64,000 nt of DNA. It comes from Mobula birostris. Taxonomy: Eukaryota. This document shows, piece after piece, positions 50,638-64,000 of the stretch. Both the position numbers and the translations under genes were made by a program. Numbering within the stretch: the stretch's first letter is position 1; each line of letters begins with the position of its first letter. Where the stretch lies: contig NC_092383.1 of the NCBI RefSeq assembly GCF_030028105.1, forward strand, positions 69,983,313 through 70,047,312. The letters are read 5' to 3'. The notes under the pieces were generated by a model, which was not told the origin of the DNA, searched no databases, and worked only from the letters and a program-made list of their open reading frames with translations.

Positions 50638-53600
50638 AAATGAGTACCAGTTTTGCTCAATGCAATTGTTGGAAAAGCATACAGCTTGCTTAGAAGTTTA
50701 ACTGCTCCAACCAAATGAGCTGAAATGAGCTGTGCTGATATCGTGAATATAATACAGGAACATTTAGAACTGAAACCACTGTTGATTCCAGAATGCTTCA
50801 GGTTTCGTAAGCAAAATCAAAAGGAAGGCTTACGTGACTGAATTGAAGAAATTTCCAAGTATTGTGAGTTCGGTGAGGGGCTTAACGATGCACCTGTGGA
50901 ATCTTATAGGAAAGTATTCAAAAATAGCTCCTAACTGAAGCACAACTCACAACTTAAAAGAGCAGTTGAAACTGTTGTATAAATAGAAACAGCAGCTAGA
51001 GATGTAATTAAGTTGCAGTCAGGAATGAAAGAGTGTGAACAAAACTGCAACATCTAATTAGAAACTTACCTGGCTGAACAAATTGTGTTACCGTTGTGTC
51101 AGGGGCTTACATTCACCAGACCAATGCAGATTTAAAGGTGAAACTTACAGAAAATGCAACAAAGCAGGACTTATACAAAGAACATGTCAGGCAGTCAAAA
51201 ACATATGGACTGCACAGGGAAGAGAAAAAGATAAAAAGTCAAGTTGCAGTTTCAAAAAGAGCACATATCTGCATGCTGTTGATGAAAAATCTGATAATGA
51301 TGAGATTAATAGGATTGGTTAGCCTTGAGATTTACTATGTGAAAACTAACAATAGCCAAGCAACATTGCTTACACTAGAAGTGAACAGCAAATTGAGTAA
51401 GAGGAATTAAACACAGGCTTGGCTGTTTCAATCATTCCACAAAATGAGTTTGAAAGGAATTTCAAAGATACTGAACTGAAGCTTGCAGATATCCAACTAA
51501 AATTTATACTGGAGAAAAGGTAATTCCTGTGGGAATGACATTCGTAAGAGTGAAGTAAGACAACTAACAAACCACATTGAGCTTGTATGTGGAAAAAACA
51601 GGAGGGCCAGCATTGTGGAGACATGATTGGCTGAGAAAAATACAACTTCACTGGGGATCCATCCACTATTTGCATGCCACATCTCCTGCAATACAGACAA
51701 TGGAAAATAGAGTTTTACCTTGCCATAGCACCTGGAGAGAGGCTGGATAAACCTTGGTTGTTTTCTCTGGAATGGCAGAAGATGAGAGCGGGCTTGATAG
51801 TGGTGTTCAATTTTGAGAGCATAGATAGACAGTCGCTATATTTTTTTCCCCAGATTATAGAAATGGACCTTAGAAAGCTGGCTTTAAAAAAACAATGACA
51901 AATACCAAAAGTACATTACATTATATCTTACTTTCTACAAGAATCCCTCAAATGATCAGTGGCAATTGGAATTCTATCATCTCGGAGATAGCAGCTGCTC
52001 AAAGTCTTTATAACAAATTGTTATGGAACAAATTGTTATATTAGGTGGCAGAAGGGTGAAATGAGCTCACTTCTCTAAAGAACACACCTGGAGAAAGACA
52101 TTTCATGCTTTATTTTGCAGTTGTCTGAGCCAACATCCTGAGCAAGTAGAGCTAGCAAGTGTAATACACTGATATGTTCTGTAATGAGTCACCCAAAATG
52201 GAGAGAAAGTTTAAAACACACCAGAATAACCCAAATAAAATCTTGTTATTCTATCTCTCCACTGCTCTATTGCCTAATGCAAGGATAAATCTAAAAGTTA
52301 ACTGCTTATCAACTACCTCGAGGAAAAAAGTGTTCTTGATACAACAGAAAAACATTCTGTAATATCAAGGTAACACTAGAACAACTGGGTTCAGGCAAAT
52401 AACGGCATTTCAATAAAACTATTTATACTTTGATGTGTTATTAGCTTTTGGATGAAGTTATGTTTTATTTGTACATACAGTATAAACAGAAACATCAGTC
52501 TGATATCACATTAAATATTCATAGAAAATGGAATATTTTCTTACTTCAAGAAACATTTCTTCAGTTTCTAATAAACACACATTACCAAATGCCTTTAGCA
52601 TAGTAAACAAGTAATGACTTGCATTGATGTGGTAAACATCTGGGTATCCCAAAATATTATATTATTGGAAACATGGCTGACAATTTGTGCACAGTAATCT
52701 CCAACAAAATAATTAACCAGGTCATTTGTTTTATGTGTTGGTTGAGGGGTAGTTTTTGATTTTTATGTCTGGGGATATCACCTGCTCCTTTTCTGGTACT
52801 CTTGGATGATTTACTGTCTCTCCTTTCAGCTATAGGATACCAGACTAAATCAAAGTCCCCACTACTGGACCTATGCACAGTTAGGCCAACCACAACAAAG
52901 GGCCATAATTACTTAATCTATAAAAAGAAGGGCAGATAGGGCTTCAGTGTATTGTCTTATGTAAAATATACAATAACACCTCTGACAGCACAACACTTTC
53001 CCTGATCTTTGACATTTTCTTGTTACTCCTGTGGCAGTGATACCTTTCTGACTCAGGCAAAATATTATTTCTTTATCCATTTGATAACTACAAAATTCAT
53101 TTAATGACTTAAACATTAAACCAACTGATTGTATAAGTTCGACCAGTTTTGAGCAGAAGGTCACAGACAAAATAATTAATTATTGATTATAATGAACAAG
53201 CAATAAAAATCATCACAGTTGCAAATCAAAGACTTAGCACTAATATCAATACTCAATCAATAGTAATTACACAGATGGTAACCAAAGAACCTTGCAGAAG
53301 AAATTGTAAATATCATATTAGTATTATTGCTTAAGAACATTTTGCGATAATAGTATCTTTTGCAGTTGTTTAACTGATAATGTGAGCGCCTTACAAATAT
53401 ACTGTAGATTGGGTTTGATTTTGCTGTGGAAATAACAGAAAGGTAAAGAGATCCACTGTTATTATGCTCAATTGCATGGCAAATTCCTCTGAACATACAC
53501 ATATATTTAAACATGAAAGAAATTGTAGTCTGATTTGGACTACATAATAGCTGAGCAGAAATAGAATCCTCCCCCTCAGTGTACTGAATATTTCTGAGTT

Positions 53601-53691
53601 CTTGTACAGACAATGCAGACATGCATTCAAAATTACCAAAGGGAAAAATAAGTTGGTTGTCTATCCCAGTATACAGAAAAAAATCTTCTCT

Positions 53692-54040
53692 AAGGATCAT
53701 CACCTTGTCGCAGTGGAAAGCCTTCTGAGTTCCTGAGACCGTGAGAGTGATGTCGTCTGGAGTTAAACTCCAAAGAGAGGTATGCATGGAGGTATGGTGA
53801 AGGGTGAGGTTCTGGACAAAGAGTGCTCCAATTAAGGCTTCAACGGAGGAGCTGGAGGAAGACAATGACTCATCAAAATGGCAGTGAGGGTAGAGGAAGG
53901 CTGCAGCAGTGTAAAGTCATCAATAGTTTTGCATTCCATGTCACTGGACTCTGACCACAATCTGCCAAGGACCGAGTGGTGGCTGCCTGTGCATCAGTCT
54001 CTCTGTGTTAAACAAAGTCACCCATAGGCTTTCTCCATTA
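53692..54040 (+). mobile_element. RTE/Expander 5'-UTR-like repeat
   Basis: caccttgtcg..gtgg...gtcgtctggag...tccagacaaag-like motifs recalled from RTE 5' ends. Confidence 0.45.
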
Positions 54041-54059
54041 AGGGAACCCTCACAAGGCA

Positions 54060-55588
54060 GAAGGTCACGATGGAATAAATGGTAAGGCTCTGAAAACCTA
54101 TGCCAACCAATTAGCAGGAGTATCCAAAGACAATTTCAACCTCTCACTGCTATGGGCAAAAGTTCCCACTTGCTTCAAAAAGGCAACAATTATACCAGTG
54201 CCTAAGAAGAACAATGTGAGCTGCCTTAATGACTATCGTGCGGTAGCACTCACATCTACAGTGATGAAATGCTTTGTGAGATTGATCATGACTAGACTGA
54301 ACTCCTGCCTTAGCAAGGATATGGACCCATTGCAATTTGCCTGTTGCCACAATAGGTTGATGGCAGATGCAATCTCAATGGTTCTCCATGCAGCTTCAGA
54401 CCACCTGGACAACACAAACACCGATGTCAAGATACTGTTCATCAACTATAGCTCAGCATTTAACACCATCATTCTCACAATTCTGATTGAGAGTTACAGA
54501 ACCTGGACCTCTCTCTGCAATTAGATCGACTCCCTAACAGGAAGACCACAATCCGTGCGGATTGGTGATAACATCTCCTCCTCGCTGACGATCAATACTG
54601 GTGCACCTCAGGGTTGTGTGCTTAGCTGACCGATCTGCTCTCTCTATACCCATGACTGCGTGGCTAAGCATAGTTCAAATACCATCTATAAATTTACTGA
54701 TTATACAAGCATTGTAGGTAGAACCTCAGATAGTGACAAAAGGGCGTACAGGAGCAAGGTATGTGAACTAATGAGTGGTGTTGCAGCAACAACCTGGCAC
54801 TCAATGACAGTAAGATGAAAGAGTTGATTGTGGACTTCAGAAAGGGTAGGACAAAGGAACACATACCAATCCTCATAGAGGGATCAGAAGTGAAGAAAGT
54901 GAGCAGTTTCAAGTTCCTGGGTGTCAAGATCTCCGAGGAGCTAACCTTGATCCAACATATCAATGCAGTTATAAAGAAGGCAAGCCAGCAACTATACTTC
55001 ATTAGGAGTTTGAAAAGATTTGGCTGTTAACAAATACACTCAAAAAACTTCTATAGATGTACCATGGAGAACATTCTGACAGGCTGCATCACTATCTGGT
55101 ATGGGGGGGGTGGTGCTACTGCACAGGACCAAAAGAAGCTACAGAGGGTTGCAAATTTAGTCAGCTCCATCTTGGGTATGAGACTACAAAGTACCCAGGA
55201 CATCTTCAAGGAGTGGTGTCTCAGAAAGGCAGTGTCCATTATTAAGGGCCTCCAGCACCCAGGGCATGCCCTTTTCTCACTGTTACCACCAGGTGGGAGG
55301 TAGAAAAGCCTGAAGGTACACACTCAGCGATTCAGGAACAGCTTCTTCCCCTCTACCGTTTGATTCCTAAATGGACAGTGAACGCTTGAACACTACCTCA
55401 CTTTTTAAATATATATTATTTATGTGTTTTTTGCATGATTTTTAATCTATTCAATATAGATATACCGTAATTTATTTATTTATTATTATTTTTTTCTTCC
55501 ATATTATGTATTGCATTGAAATGCTGCTGCTAAATTAGTAAATTTCACAACACATGCTGGTGATAATAAACTTGATTCTGATTCTGAT
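54060..55588 (+). mobile_element. Rex1/Babar LINE RT through the 3' end (pseudogenised)
   Basis: [63 protein letters not shown]; aataaacttgattctgattctga. Confidence 0.92.
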
Positions 55589-55939
55589 ATGGACCTCAGA
55601 TTGGCCTCTAAAGCCACCTGAGGACCTACAAATAGACAACCCCTGAAGGAGAACATCTAATTGGACTCGAGTTACTGGACTACAGAAAAAATATAAAAGT
55701 AATTGCAGGAGTCAGCAACTCAGCCCTTCAAGCCTTCTGCACTTCACAGTTGGATTATTGCTGATAGGTCTCCAGTCTCATTCTACTGTGCCAGTTCCCA
55801 TGAAACTCCCTATCCTGATCTTTCAAAAATGTATCTATTTTCTCATTAAAAGTTGCCAATGATCTTCATTCGCAACATTAATAGTACCATATTAATAGTT
55901 TAGTAAATATTAGTCAGGAAAAACAACATTCCTGACATA

Positions 55940-56492
55940 GAAATTTGGTATGTCACCAAAGACACTTGCAAAGTTCTGCAGATGTATGCTGGAGAGCATT
56001 CTAGCTGGCTGCATCACTGTCTACATGGGGGCGACTACATGGGTTCGAAATAAGCTGCAGAAAGTTGCCAACTTAGTCAGCTCCATCATGGGCATTAACA
56101 TCCGTTGTATCGGGACACCTTCGAGGAGCATGCCTCAAAAAGGCAGCATCCAACATTAAGGACCCCCATCACCTAGGACGTGTCCTTTTCTCATTGTTAC
56201 CACCAGGAAGGAGGTACAGAAGTCTGAAAGCACACACTCAATGATTCAGGCACAGCTTCTTCCCCTCTGCCATCCAATTTCTGAATGGACAGTGAACTCA
56301 TGAACACTACCTCACTACTTTATTTTAATTTACAGTACTTTTTAAATAACTATTTTATATATATATATATGTATGTATTTACTGTAATTCACTGTTTTTT
56401 CTCTGTTATTCTGTATTGCATTGTACTGCTGCCACTAAGGCAACAAATTATATGACATATGCCAGTAATATTAAGGCTGATTCTGATTCTGA
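55940..56492 (+). mobile_element. Rex1/Babar 3' fragment
   Basis: MSPKTLAKFCRCMLESILAGCIT; (tgattc)n tail. Confidence 0.85.
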
Positions 56493-56516
56493 AAATTGCC
56501 CGTTATAATTGTGATA

Positions 56517-57317
56517 CAGTGGATTCCAGTTAATTGGGCCATTGGGTAATCGGGGCAACCACTTATTTGGGGCAACTCTTAAAGAGGAAAAAACTAATCA
56601 AGAAAATAGCCAGAATTCCCTTTGTTTACTTGGGACACAATGGCACTTAATTGGGGCAGGTGACTGCTACCAAACAGTTTCTAACTAGTATCAGACATGT
56701 GCACCTGCGTAGCCGTTAGACACTACACCATGCTTAGAGGGAACAGCTTTTAAATATAGCTTGTGTTCAAGAAGTAGTGATTTTTGTCAATGATAGTTGG
56801 CGATAAATAAGCAGGAAAACAATTCAGAACTGTTTTGCTCATGTCGGTTTCAAGCATCCTGCCTTGGAGATGTCAGAAATGGCTGGAGTGAAAATTAAAT
56901 GATTTCACTACGTCAACAAGTTAGAAACTACAAAGAACTTGAAGGTATCTGATATCATCTTGAATGTTACAATAAAAATGAAAATCTGGAGGATGTGTTC
57001 CTCAATAGCATTGTATGAAGGTAGTATTAGGAGTCTGCATTGATTTTGTTCATTTACAGTCAATCAAAAGAAAGCACTAGTTTACATTGGATAAGTTCCA
57101 CCACCCTTACTACTACGAACTTTACAGAGTTTTATAGCACCGTAGTAGTATTGACAGTGTTCTAATTTATTCTGTATTTCATTTAAATACATAATTTGTT
57201 ACTCAGTTAAACCATAGTTTGTCTTTTTTATACTGCTTTAACTATTTCCATGAAAGTTCAGCTAATTGGGCCAAAATGTATCGGTCCCAATGTGTCTCAA
57301 TTAATCAGAATCAACCG
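56517..57317. mobile_element. Non-autonomous Tigger/pogo-like element
   Basis: TA|CAGTGGATTCCAGTTAATTGG ... CAATTAATCAGAATCAACCG|TA; homologous to 6962-7709. Confidence 0.75.
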
Positions 57318-57929
57318 TATCTTTTTACATTTTTAATACTTATAGGAGATTGAAAACAAAGCTATTTTAAACCATTCTAGAGAATGATAGAGCAGGACAC
57401 ATTAGATTACTCAACAAGTAAGGCTGCATCAGTGGGAAAAGAAAATAATTCAATATTTCAAATTTTACCCCTGAAAAGTTAACTTTGCTCCTCCTCTGAC
57501 ATTTGTGGCCTGATCTGCTGAGTATTTTTTCCATTATCTGTTTTATTTTTGATTTCCATCATCTGCAGTTCATTTTTAAAATTTTCTCTCTGTTTTGTAG
57601 CCTGCATTGAGTGTCCCTGGAATGGTGTTAAAGGCTAAACACAGGTGAGATTGTGAGTCGGAGAGAGAATGGGGAATTACACATGGGGAGCTGTGTTATG
57701 CACAGATTAGGTTTGCTTAAGTTGACCTGGAGCATTTTGTTCAATTCACTGATATTTACCTTGGAAAATTACATGTGACATTGGACAAATTGTCTATGGT
57801 CATGAAATGAAATAGGCCCTTCATCCCTTTGGGTTCATGACAAACATCAAGTAGCCATCTATTTGTCCATTTCATAAGAACACTTGATAAGAGAGTGCAC
57901 CCTTCTACTTTGTTACTTGTAAAAGTGCT

Positions 57930-59175
57930 ATTCCTTTCTCTCAGTTTCTCCATCTCCACTGCATCTTCTCTCAAGATGAAGCTTTCCATTCTAGAACATC
58001 AGAGATACCCTGTTCCCAGCACATTTGCCATCACTCCATCTCTCTACTGTTGTTACAGGGAAAGGACACCCCTTGTCATTTACAAACATACTAACACCCC
58101 ATGAGGCTCCATATCCATCATTCTGTGCCACATCTGTCATCTACAATGGGATCCTACCTCTCAACACCATCTTTCACCCTTTCATACCCTCTCCACTTTT
58201 CATAACATACAATTTTCACAACATTTTTTATGTATTTATCTTTCTGAATTATAGTAATTTTTTAATTCCTTGCACTGTACTGCTGTTCAAAATAACAAAT
58301 TTCACAACAGATGTCAGTGATAATAAAACCTGATTCTAATTCTGATTCTGATTCTGATCGCTCTCTACGTGAATGTCTCGTCCATTCTTTCCTCCACACT
58401 GATCTCCCTCCTGGCACTATCCTTGGAACAGTGATACACCTGCCTCTGCTCCTCCTCCCTCACTACCATTCAGGTCCTAGACACGCCTAGACAGGTGAGG
58501 CAATCTTTCACCTGTGAGTCTTTCAGGGTTATCTATTGTATTTGGTGCTTCTGCTGTGGCCCCCTCTATATTGATGAGTTTGGGAGACCACTTCTTTGAG
58601 CATTCTGTCTGCCACAAAAGGCAGGATCTCTCAGCGGTCACCTATTTCAATTCAACATCTCATTCCTACACCAACATGTCTGTCCATGGCCTCCTCTGTT
58701 GCCAAGATTAGGCTAAGCTCAGGCTAGAGGAGCAGCACCTCATGGTGTCGTCTGAGTAGCTTCCAATCTTATGGCATTGACAATGATTTCTCTGACTTCT
58801 GGTAATTACTCTCTTTTTCTCCCAAATCCTCTTCTTTCTTTTTCCATTCCCTATTGTTTCCCTTCTCACCCCTCCTCTTCATCTTCTCTGCCATCATAAC
58901 TGCCCATCACCTCCCTCTGGTTGCCATCCTCCTTTCCATACTTCCATGGCCCATTGTCCTCTCCTATTAAATTCTTTCTTCTTCAGGCCATTACCTCTTG
59001 AGCCTATCACTGCCCAGCTTCTTACATCATCCCACTTCCTCACACACCATCCTTTGCCATCATCCTGGGTTTACCTATCACCGGTACTCCCCTGCTTCCC
59101 CCCCAGCTTTCTTATTCTGGCTGCAGCCCCCTGCATTCTTGATAAATATTCTCAGCCCAAACCATTTACAGTTTC
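57930..59175 (+). mobile_element. Old Penelope-like element 3' portion with a nested Rex1 tail (about 58220-58357)
   Basis: YFNSTSHSYTNMSVHGLL; colinear with 18480-19575. Confidence 0.78.
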
Positions 59176-59187
59176 TTATTATCTAGT

Positions 59188-59860
59188 AAGATGGTGGCGC
59201 ACTCGGATGTGTGGCCTCTCTGTGTCCAAAATAAAGGTGTAATTCTATGTTTTTTACATCTTTTTCATGATCACAGATTTACCCCACTAGTGAATTTCTG
59301 GATAGTGGTGGAGCTGGTCCTGTTGCGCAATGTGTTGCAGGTTGCTTCATCCATAAAGGGAAGATAGCGACGCATGGAGGTGCTGCACGATCAAATAGAC
59401 AGTGAAAGTGATTGTCTTGGATGTTTTTATTGCGATGCAAGATCCTATTGGACATTGGTAATGTAGAACTCTGCAAGCCCGATTCACTGGCTCATTAGCT
59501 AGGTTGGGGGCTGGCCACGTCCTGTCACTTCTGCCCTCTAATGCTTGCTCCCAGGAAGACAAGCTGGATTGCATTCATCTGCAGCTGCACTTGCTTGAGA
59601 TGAAGAACTGCTATGGGCTCGTTCTGCAGAAACATGGCTCCAGGACAATATCCATGCACCATCAATCTACAGGAAATGATATACAGGGACATAGGCTATA
59701 TGTATATATTTTGTAAATGTATGTCTTTCTGCTATCATAATTATGGGTGCTATATGTGTTGTCGGTACTGTGTTTTGTACCTTGGCCCTAGAGGAATGTT
59801 GTTTTGATTGTCTGTATTCCTGTGTATGGTTGAATGACAATTAAACTTAACTTGAACTTA
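59188..59860 (+). mobile_element. Bipartite non-autonomous Rex1-like element (5' end plus EN start plus 3' tail)
   Basis: aagatggtggcgc start; LSLLPSNACSQEDKLDCIHLQL..MKNC resembles a Rex1 EN N-terminus; tail aatgacaattaaactt..cttgaactt. Confidence 0.55.
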
Positions 59861-61734
59861 TTTTCCTCCATAGAGGCTGCCTGACTTGAATCATCAGTTG
59901 GAAATTAGAGTTAGGATATGAATTTCTTCACTTCTTTGTCCAAGTGTAAAAGCAATGTGGTAGAACTGGTAATGGAATGATTTTAATTTGTAACCTAAAT
60001 CATGTAGTAACCTGTACATTATTTATGAAGGAATATGTGACCATGCCAGTTAAACAAGGCTTGAGGAGTTGCCAAGTTTTAGGGTGTTAACAAGTTTCAA
60101 CAAATAGTACATAACTGAAAAGTGACTATCTTTGCAGAAATCTCAAAATCAAGACAACATTCAAGTGGCACCTTATTTACAAACTTAATCGTTTTTATCA
60201 CAGGATGTGGTAACCTTTTCCTGCTTTAGTGTCTGTGAGTTTTATGCACCAGTTTTGTTGGTTGTAACATAAACTGAAAACAACTTCCCATTTGCCCAAA
60301 GTTTAGACTTAAAACTTTTCTTGTTATTCACATTCATATTTTACTATAATGCATCATATTCTCTGAAACTCATTTGACCCAGATCTGCAAACGGTCACTC
60401 AATAGCATTTGCATTCTCTAATGAAGTTGCATGCTATGAATGATCTTTTGAGAATGTTGTATTCAACATAATCTTTCATTATTCTTGTTAATTCCACATT
60501 TTAAGAGCAATTGGAATATTAAATTCATATTAAAGATTTATTTCTCTGTTTGTTGTATTTTCAAGGAATCTGCCATTCCTCCAGATGTTTAGCTCAAAAA
60601 TGCATTTTTGCAGCTGGAAAATGTATCATGTAGCACATCTGGTATTGTATAGCACTTACCTGCAATTGTCAATAGTTTGTTTACCTAAATATCTTCCTTT
60701 AAAACCACTGATTCACATGCAATTAAGATAATGGTTATTATCAAAGTCAAAACTAAAGAGTTAAAGAAATAAAAATCAACATATTATTACAAGCATTCAA
60801 AGATACAAATATTTAAAAATTAAATTATAGAGTTCAAAGCAATTTATTTTCTTGTCAGCAAACAAGAAACTAAATACATCTGGTAGAATTAACACCATTG
60901 CAGTAGTGTGGTCTCGTGGTCATAGTAAAAAATAAGATCAAAAGTCTAACTTTTCTATCTATGTAATTCCTATAAATACAGCCGGCTTTCAATTCAAGGT
61001 ACGTAGTCAAACTGTGACTCTGCTCCAGCATCCTGGGTTCAGTTCTGTCCTCACGTGTTGTCCATGTTAAGTTTGAATGTTGTTTCTGTAATTGCATAGT
61101 TCCCTCCAGATACTCCTTTTCCCTCCCACGCCCTAATGAGGTTCAGATTGATAGTTTAATGGGCAAATGCAGATTTTTTCCCAATGTGTAGTAAATGGTG
61201 GAATCGGGAGGCAGTTGATGTGAATGCTGGAAAAATAAAACAGGAGAGGTGTAGGATTAGTGTGGATGGCTACTTGTAGACACAAGAGATTTTGCAGAAG
61301 CTGAAAATCTTGAGCAACACTCAGAAAATGCTGAACGAACTCAGCAAATCAGGCAGTATCTATGGAGGGGATTCAGTAGTCGATGTTTCAGAACAAGATA
61401 CTTCATTAAGATGAATAACTCAGATATATTATTAACACTGACCGAGTTTAGTCCCATCATGGCCTCTCTCCATTGTCTCCATGTTGTTATGTTGGTTGTT
61501 GACATTTAATCTGTTTGAGCTTCACCTTTCTCGTATTAACATTGGGAGGATCCTTAGTTCTCAGACTCTGTCACAAGTTCCATTCCATCCCCATAGATTT
61601 ATTTTCCTTCATGGCCTCTTTCTCAATCTGAGATATATCGTTACCAACCTGAATGTCTGAATTAACCCTGAGCTGACTTATTGCCAGCCGGCTTTCTATT
61701 GTTCTCAGGAACTGCCTATTTATCCAGCAATATA

Positions 61735-62511
61735 TACACAGTGGCCACTTTATTAGAAAACCCCTGTACTTAATAAAGTGGCCACTGAGTGTATGTTAGT
61801 GGCCTTCTGTTGCTGTAGCCTATCCACTTCAAGGCTGGATGTGTTATGCATTCAGAGATGCTCTTCTGTGCTCCACTGTTATAATGCATTGATATTTGAG
61901 CTACTGTCCTCTTCCTTTCAGCTTGAACCAGTCTGGCCATTCTGCTCTGACTGCTTTCATTAACAAGGCATTTCACCCACAGGACAACGGACTGAATGTA
62001 TTTTTTTGTTGTTTTAGACACCATTCTCTGTAAACTCTGGAGACTGTCGTGCATGAATATTCCAGGAAATCAGCAGTTTCAGAGATACTCATACCACCGC
62101 ATCTGGCACCAACAATCATTCCACAGTTAAAGTGACTTAGACCACATTTCTTCTCCATTCTGATGTTTGGTCTGAATAACAACTGAACCTCTTGACCATG
62201 TTTGCATGCTTTTATGCATTGAGTTGCTGCCACATGATTGGCTGATTAGATATTTGCAGGTCAGCTGGTGACCCAGTGAGATCAGCGCCAGTCTCGAGAA
62301 CGGAGGTTCCCAAGTTCGATCCAGTGACAGATCACTCCCAAGCGCACTCTCCATCCGTGCCAGATTGATATCAAGCTCACAACTCTGCCTCATAAAAAAA
62401 ACACTGCCACCTCCAGTTTAAATTCCCACTTGGAATATTGTGGAGGATCAAATACTCAAACCCAAACAAGCAGGTGCGTAGGTGCAGCCATTAAAGTGGC
62501 CATTGAGTGTA
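61735..62511 (-). mobile_element. Deleted Tc1-like element with a nested tRNA-SINE (about 62260-62466)
   Basis: TIR CACTCAGTGGCCACTTTATT in three copies; MEKKCGLSHFNCGMIVGAR.GGMSISETA..TTVSRVYREW, RMARLVQA. Confidence 0.85.
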
Positions 62512-62881
62512 TGTCATTATTGATTACATTGCCAGCTTGCTCTATTGCTTCAATTAATCAGCTGTTGAAACCCACTATCTCTCAACTCAACTATTCCAGA
62601 GCCTTCGTGGAGGAGCTGCCATTTTAAATCAGCTGTGAAGTTGATCTCATTCCTCCATACTCAACATGCACTGTTTCATTCGTCCTGCTGCAATTGACCT
62701 ACATTGGCTCCTGGACCATCGGTTACTTGCTTTCCTAGGTTTTATCTTTTTCCTAAATCCCTATCTGGTCTCATCCCTCCATCACTCTCTAGTTCCTACA
62801 AGCACTTCTCACTTCTATCTTCACCATCTCAATGTACTTCACTGAAGTATTTTCAGCAGGTTTGTATACATAAAATTGCTA

Positions 62882-62912
62882 CAGTGCGGTGCAAAAATCT
62901 TAGGCACCCTAG

Positions 62913-62954
<42 letters not shown>

Positions 62955-62999
62955 GCACATATATATGTGTGTGTGCCTAAGACTTTTTACATAGTACCG
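62882..62999. mobile_element. Mini MITE around a (TA)n/(CA)n tract
   Basis: TA|CAGTGCGGTGCAAAAATCTTAGGCAC...GTGCCTAAGACTTTTTACATAGTACCG|TA. Confidence 0.7.
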
Positions 63000-63719
63000 T
63001 ATACTATTAAAGACAATGGTAATACTCGACTGTTGAATACAATTTCACTATCTTCAATATTATGTGTCTGATAACTGGTTTCACTGGTATATTGTCAAAG
63101 TTGGAGCATATTATAACAGCTAAGACACCTCTGTGGATTCATACTCCTTTGTTGGGACCAACTAAAGCAGACAGATGGTCTAAAAACTTCTGAGGATAGG
63201 GAACCAGACAATCAAAATTAATGTGGTGAGGGCTGACTCTCTAGGAATACAAATATCCCAATTATTGATAGAACAAATATGCCTTTGGACCATGTTTTTT
63301 ATGCTAAGTAACAAAATTTAGCCTGGTTTTGTAGCTCTCCTTGATCTTTAAAAGTAGGATGTAGGGTCTTGCTTGCTGTTGGGTAATAAAATACACTTAA
63401 GTACTAACATAGTCTTATGTTCGGCTGATGTCGACGAGGACGTCTCACGGCCACTATCACTTTGAAAACAGCTTCTCTTCAGCAGCCAGCCACCTGCTTT
63501 GGGCCAGCTGCCTGTGCTCTGTAGATAACTTATAATTTCAAAACTGATTACTGTTTGTACTTCACATTTCAGCAGGTTTTTTGAAAATTTGTTTGTTCTT
63601 GTTTGTGTCAATACTGCTATCTTTATCCCATACTCCTAAAAGATGTTCCATGTCTGAAAATTCCTTAACAGTTCCATCCACCCACTATGCAGACATTTCT
63701 CTGACTAGGTCTCCCCCAT

Positions 63720-63960
63720 TTGCACTTGCTTCCATTTACCTTTTCACCTCTCCCTTAATGATTCTAATTGCCACTTTACTAATCATAGTACCCCCTTTCC
63801 TTCTTATTCTGGCTATCTCCCCTCCTAATCTTAAAGCAAGGTTTTGATCCAAAACATTGACAATTCCTTCCACCCCCTCCCCCACAGATGTTGCTCAACC
63901 TGCTGAGCTCCTCCAGCAGATTGTTTGTTGCTCCAGATTTCAGCATCTTCAGTTTAGTGT
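63720..63960 (+). mobile_element. Old Penelope-like pLTR remnant
   Basis: cagatgttgctcaacctgctgagctcctccagca...ccagatttcagcatct. Confidence 0.6.
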
Positions 63961-64000
63961 GTCTCTATAGTTAAATTTGATTTGCTGTTGCTGGGCAAGA

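Larger units (their letters stand above)
48391..51695 (+). mobile_element. Decayed Gypsy 5' half (LTR 48391-48635, PBS-like motif, gag, zinc knuckle, protease) with nested RTE-like, CR1 and PLE insertions
   Basis: IGKIDMF..TDNWMMYTEGIEQYLEAN; KAYSLLRSLTAP..EHLE.KPLLI; CYRC..HSPDQCRFK..C..C; LNTGLAVSII; GPALWRHDWL. Confidence 0.88.

Noticed and set aside
53257-53865. Longest ORF (202 aa, minus strand)
   Set aside because: Starts in the antisense of a repeat and runs into AT-rich DNA; no recognisable domain
1-64000. CRISPR arrays, operons, rRNA or true tRNA genes
   Set aside because: No regularly spaced repeats or prokaryotic gene density; tRNA-like boxes belong to SINE heads

Overview
AT-rich, CpG-depleted, repeat-dense eukaryotic DNA. 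The repeat mix (CR1, Rex1/Babar, RTE, Tx1/L1, Penelope-like elements, tRNA-SINEs, Gypsy, Tc1, Tigger-like, hAT, piggyBac-like) looks like a cartilaginous fish, probably a batoid; this is inference from repeat content only. I found no host gene I can recognise. Nearly all listed ORFs are decayed transposon fragments or noise, so the window is intronic or intergenic, with a few unverified splice-flanked exon candidates. The most notable signals are: (1) minimal hammerhead ribozyme cores in the terminal repeats of Penelope-like elements, three of them intact; (2) several short fold-back Penelope insertions whose inversion point lies at or beside the hammerhead; (3) an hAT-like element with a 6-bp target-site duplication; (4) a CpG-rich, internally deleted Tx1 inserted next to a decayed hammerhead cleavage site; (5) a local inverted duplication of a Gypsy RNase H segment into a SINE. 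Repeat boundaries were set by eye and are approximate unless a TIR or TSD is quoted.
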